The position numbers and the translations under genes were made by a program. A DNA stretch of 64,000 nucleotides from Candidatus Binatia bacterium. GTDB taxonomy: Bacteria; Desulfobacterota; Binatia; UBA9968; CAXXLF01. Below the pieces are notes generated by a model that made no database searches, was not told where the DNA came from, and worked only from the letters and a program-made list of their open reading frames with translations. Every line of letters begins with the position of its first letter. Position 1 is the stretch's first letter. Shown one piece after another: positions 58,151-64,000 of this stretch. The stretch is from NCBI GenBank assembly GCA_963664015.2, contig CAXXLF010000002.1:32001-96000 (forward strand), read 5' to 3'.

Positions 58151-58159
58151 GTGTTTGTG

Positions 58160-59207
58160 TCAGTCAATATAGTCAAAGTCTTCAGGGATGCCAAACTGTT
58201 TGTCCATGGAGGATTCTTCCATCCCAAATCTGTTCTTGCACCAGCTCTTCACAGAAAACACATTGTCTGTATGAAATATGGGGTTGTATGATGAATGCTG
58301 AATTTTGAGAAATCTGAGATAATTCACCTGTCCATCTGTTGGTAGCATCTACAGCAACTCTAGTCTGTTCACCTGTGTATATATCAGTGTGTGTATGTGT
58401 TCATATGTGTGTGTGTGTGGACGTACGTATATGTGTGACAGTGGTAGGATCGCAGTCCCTGTACTGACTGAGCTCCCCTGCCAACCCCTTCTTCAGTGTC
58501 TCTTTCTCTCTCAGAGACTTCATCAGCTCCTCCCTCTCATCCTATTTAGAGTGGGTTCAATAATCAACATTCACTTCGTTACGACAGGGGCTACTCACTG
58601 ATTGCTCTCGACCAACTGAGGCTGTCTTGACCTGTTGCTCCACCGACTGCCTCTTTCTCTCACTCTCCGCCAACTGCTCTTGTATGTCCTTCAGCTTTCT
58701 CTTCCTCTACAGCCACAAATTCTCTCTCTCTCTCCAGGTCCAGCTGACACACACACTGCACACCTGGTTGGAGGCTTTGCTGGGAAAGGCCCAGAAGTAG
58801 TTTGAAGTTCCGATGCGGTCAGTGTCCACCATATCGTCATCCACCAGACTCTGTAGCACATCCTTCACTGACATAGAAGCTGTGTGCATGTGTGAGTTGT
58901 GTGTGTGTGTGTGTGTGTGTGTCATATGCATAGAGTCTATGTACTAAGGTATATAGCTACAATAGTGACTCACTGATGCCTTTCAATTTCGGAGCAATTT
59001 TCTCTAGCTCTTTCAGCTGGAAAAACTCCTTCTGTAAGATGGGTAAAAAATGACGTTAGTTATTTTTGTCGACCTTTTCAAAGAAGATCTGGAGGAGTCG
59101 AGTCCTCTTTTCCTCCAAACTCAGCCCTCTCTTTGACTGTAGAAATAGAGGGAGAAAGTGTATATGGAACTCGGATCAGCAATACAACTACAGACTATAC
59201 TTGCCAT
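58160..59207 (-). CDS. MND1: Meiotic nuclear division protein 1
   Basis: [95 protein letters not shown]. Confidence 0.95.
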
Positions 59208-59315
59208 GGTGGATGGTCAGCTGTGGGTATGTTTATTGCGGATCAAATCTCCCGCGGATAGCTATTGATGGTGCGCTCTTATTAGAAACCAAACTCGTGT
59301 TCCTAGCTGTGGAGG

Positions 59316-61054
<1,739 letters not shown>

Positions 61055-61248
61055 GACCATCCTTCACTCCCTCTCAAAAATCACAATCACTTTGCATTTC
61101 TTTGTCTTTTGCCACAGAATCTGACATTCAAGAAATGCTATCCTCTATGTTGTGTGCGTGATCATATTTCCTGCTGCTATACACTACACTCTATACTATC
61201 TGTTTCACAAAAACTGTTAGAGTTGATTTCGTGTGGTTTCGGGGTTAT

Positions 61249-61745
61249 TCAAGTGTTTTTGGCTGGATCTGGTACTTCTGGGTTCTTCTCTGAGATGCCA
61301 AGTGACATCTGTCGCAACTGCTGTGATACCTGTACAATACCAATGTGTGCACAAAACTGTGTATAGTGGGTTGTTGTATTTGGGTCACCTGCTTGAGTTG
61401 TCTGCAGTAAGGGTGGCTGGTGGGAAGGTGTGTGTGATGAGGGTTGTTTCTCATGAGGTACTGGGCCAGGAGGTTGATGGGATTAAAATCACACTGTCTC
61501 TCCTCAGTATCCTCCAGACTTCTCTTTGATACCTGCCCCACGGAACATGCTGGGTGGACACACATCTACTGCTGCCATACCTCAGACAGGAGTTTGTCTA
61601 TGGAGAGTATGAGAGTAGGGAGAAGTGTGTCAATTACGTATTCCACGTCTTCTCCGCGTCGCTCTCCGTCTTCTAACCACTCCTTGGCCAGCAGCTCAAG
61701 AGGCAGGCTGTACCGCGAGCAAAGCTGGTCGCGAGAATCGCACAT
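61249..61745 (-). CDS. 129-aa protein matching only the N-terminal Dpy-30/RIIa-like segment of EFCAB5; 3 exons
   Basis: Exons 61581-61745, 61389-61532, 61249-61329 in frame; LAKEWL..YVIDTLLPTLILSIDKLLSE/VSKR..FNPINLLAQYLMRNNP..Y.RQLKQV resembles the EFCAB5 N-terminus as I recall it. Confidence 0.7.
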
Positions 61746-61774
61746 TTTCTCTAATACACGCGCACCTTACAAAC

Positions 61775-61810
61775 GTTGCCATCGCAACAAAACATCTCCA
61801 CGCATGCGCA
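61775..61810. promoter_or_regulatory. RFX X-box plus NRF1-like motif upstream of the EFCAB5-like gene
   Basis: GTTGCCATCGCAAC (61775-61788), one mismatch from the GTTGCCATGGCAAC X-box; CGCATGCGCA at 61801-61810. Confidence 0.65.
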
Positions 61811-61867
61811 CAAGACTGGATTCGTGCCGAAGAGCAGTAGTATTGAACACACACGAAACAGGACGAG

Positions 61868-62732
61868 CTATGAGAATATGATGAGGATGAGGAAGAGTAC
61901 AGCAAGAGTGGTAAAGAGTGCTGCCATTCTCTGGTGCTGCTCTCTCTCCTGACGTGTCATGCGTTGCTGATCTGCACACACAAAACACACACCTCACAAC
62001 ACACACAATTGTGAAATACAACACTCACCTCTAGGTCTGTTCCCAAACATTTGAAACATTGGCTGATTCGGAAATAAACATCAACAAAGTAATCAGGACA
62101 CTACTACAGACTAACTCACCCCTCCCATCATTGCAAAGGGAAAAGCTCCAATTCCAAACGAAAACTGAATTCCATCCATCCCAACCTGAATCAATTAATA
62201 ACATCCTCCAGCATCACGTGACAGTCACATGACTCACGTCATTGTGTGGAGAAGGTTCCTCCCTCTGCCCCTGAGGCCTTGGAGGGACCTTGTCTCTATA
62301 CAAACATTCAACACTCACTAAAAAGACAGTATTTAGTATACACTTGTGGTTGTTAACCTGGGGTCTTGAGTGTCGTTGTTTCCTCGACCATACAGTGGTA
62401 TGAGGCGGTCTTTCTCAATGCTAGACTTGCACACAGGACAAGTTGGATTGTGTGGCTTGCTCTCCATCCACTGTGTGTATAATAACACACTCACCTCTTC
62501 ATACACCTACTTTACATTGGGACCGACTTACCCTATGAATACACGGCCAACTAGAAAAAGACACATTTTTAGAGCATAAATCGAGGAAGAGTTTTGATTC
62601 TTACCAGAAGAGGTGTCCGCACATACTGACCACGGCATCTGTGGCCTGCTCGAAGCATATGTTGCACTCGTAGCGTCCTTCGCTGCTCTTCTCCGAGTCT
62701 TCCCCCTCCCCAGGACTGGCACTAGTCGCCAT
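61868..62732 (-). CDS. RNF185: ER membrane RING E3 ligase of the RNF5/RNF185 family
   Basis: [61 protein letters not shown]-terminal hydrophobic tail. The RNF5 vs RNF185 paralog is unresolved. Confidence 0.88.
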
Positions 62733-63098
62733 CACAGCCCGTATCAGCCGAGAAGAAGAGAAAAACAGTCTCTGAAGTTGCTGAATCAGCAATCTTGCGT
62801 CATCATGTGAGTGTCACGTGATTGCCCCGGTAATTCCGAATTTTCCCCTCGAGACGGCGGCTGAGGAAGACACTTGGCGTTACCAAGGAAGAGAGAGGGT
62901 CTGGTTCTCGGCTGACTGGGAGGGTTCCTCGCTAAAGAAGTGTGTGTGTGCTCGCCGCTGCACGAGCTGCACCGCCGTGTAGGAGTTCTACGGTACGAGT
63001 GAGGACTTATTGACCGTTGAGGGGGGCGGGGCGTTTGTTAGAACTAAACAAGACCCCTTCTTGGATTCAAGTGTTTGTTAATTTCTCGTGTTTCAGAA

Positions 63099-64000
<902 letters not shown>

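Overview
This is eukaryotic, animal-type genomic DNA with about 21 tightly packed protein-coding genes. Most introns are 50-150 bp, many are swollen by (CA)n/(GA)n/(GGGA)n microsatellites, and intergenic gaps are often only 80-200 bp. The style and gene content suggest an early-branching animal such as a demosponge (inference). Gene order: multi-Ig secreted/surface protein (-, runs off the left edge), RFC2 (+), intronless EIF3H (-), a giant NIDO-18xIg-EGF-HRM-GAIN-7TM adhesion GPCR (+) with a recent triple duplication of a two-Ig-exon unit, an ependymin-related-like protein (+), SPRING1/C12orf49 (-), RNFT (+), ANKRD13 (-), SARM1 (+), a ~1,931-aa chimeric protein (+), intronless QPRT (-), TBC1D10 (+), KTI12 (+), gelsolin/severin-like (-), BRAP (+), ALKBH4 (-), MND1 (-), DRG1 (+), a 129-aa EFCAB5-N-terminus-only gene (-), RNF5/RNF185 (-) and the start of HECTD4 (+). 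The most striking item is the chimeric gene, which I assembled by hand from 14 exons. It joins a CCM2-type PTB domain to polyproline tracts, WH2 motifs and an espin-like actin-bundling tail, and lies near other actin/microvillus genes. Also notable are a full ARM-SAM-SAM-TIR SARM1 with its catalytic Glu ~7 kb from QPRT, a TIR/TSD-bounded DNA transposon, NRF1 motifs at seven promoters, an RFX X-box, and probable ancient synteny (SPRING1-RNFT head-to-head). Gene names come from recalled sequence motifs, not database searches, and exon models were read by eye.
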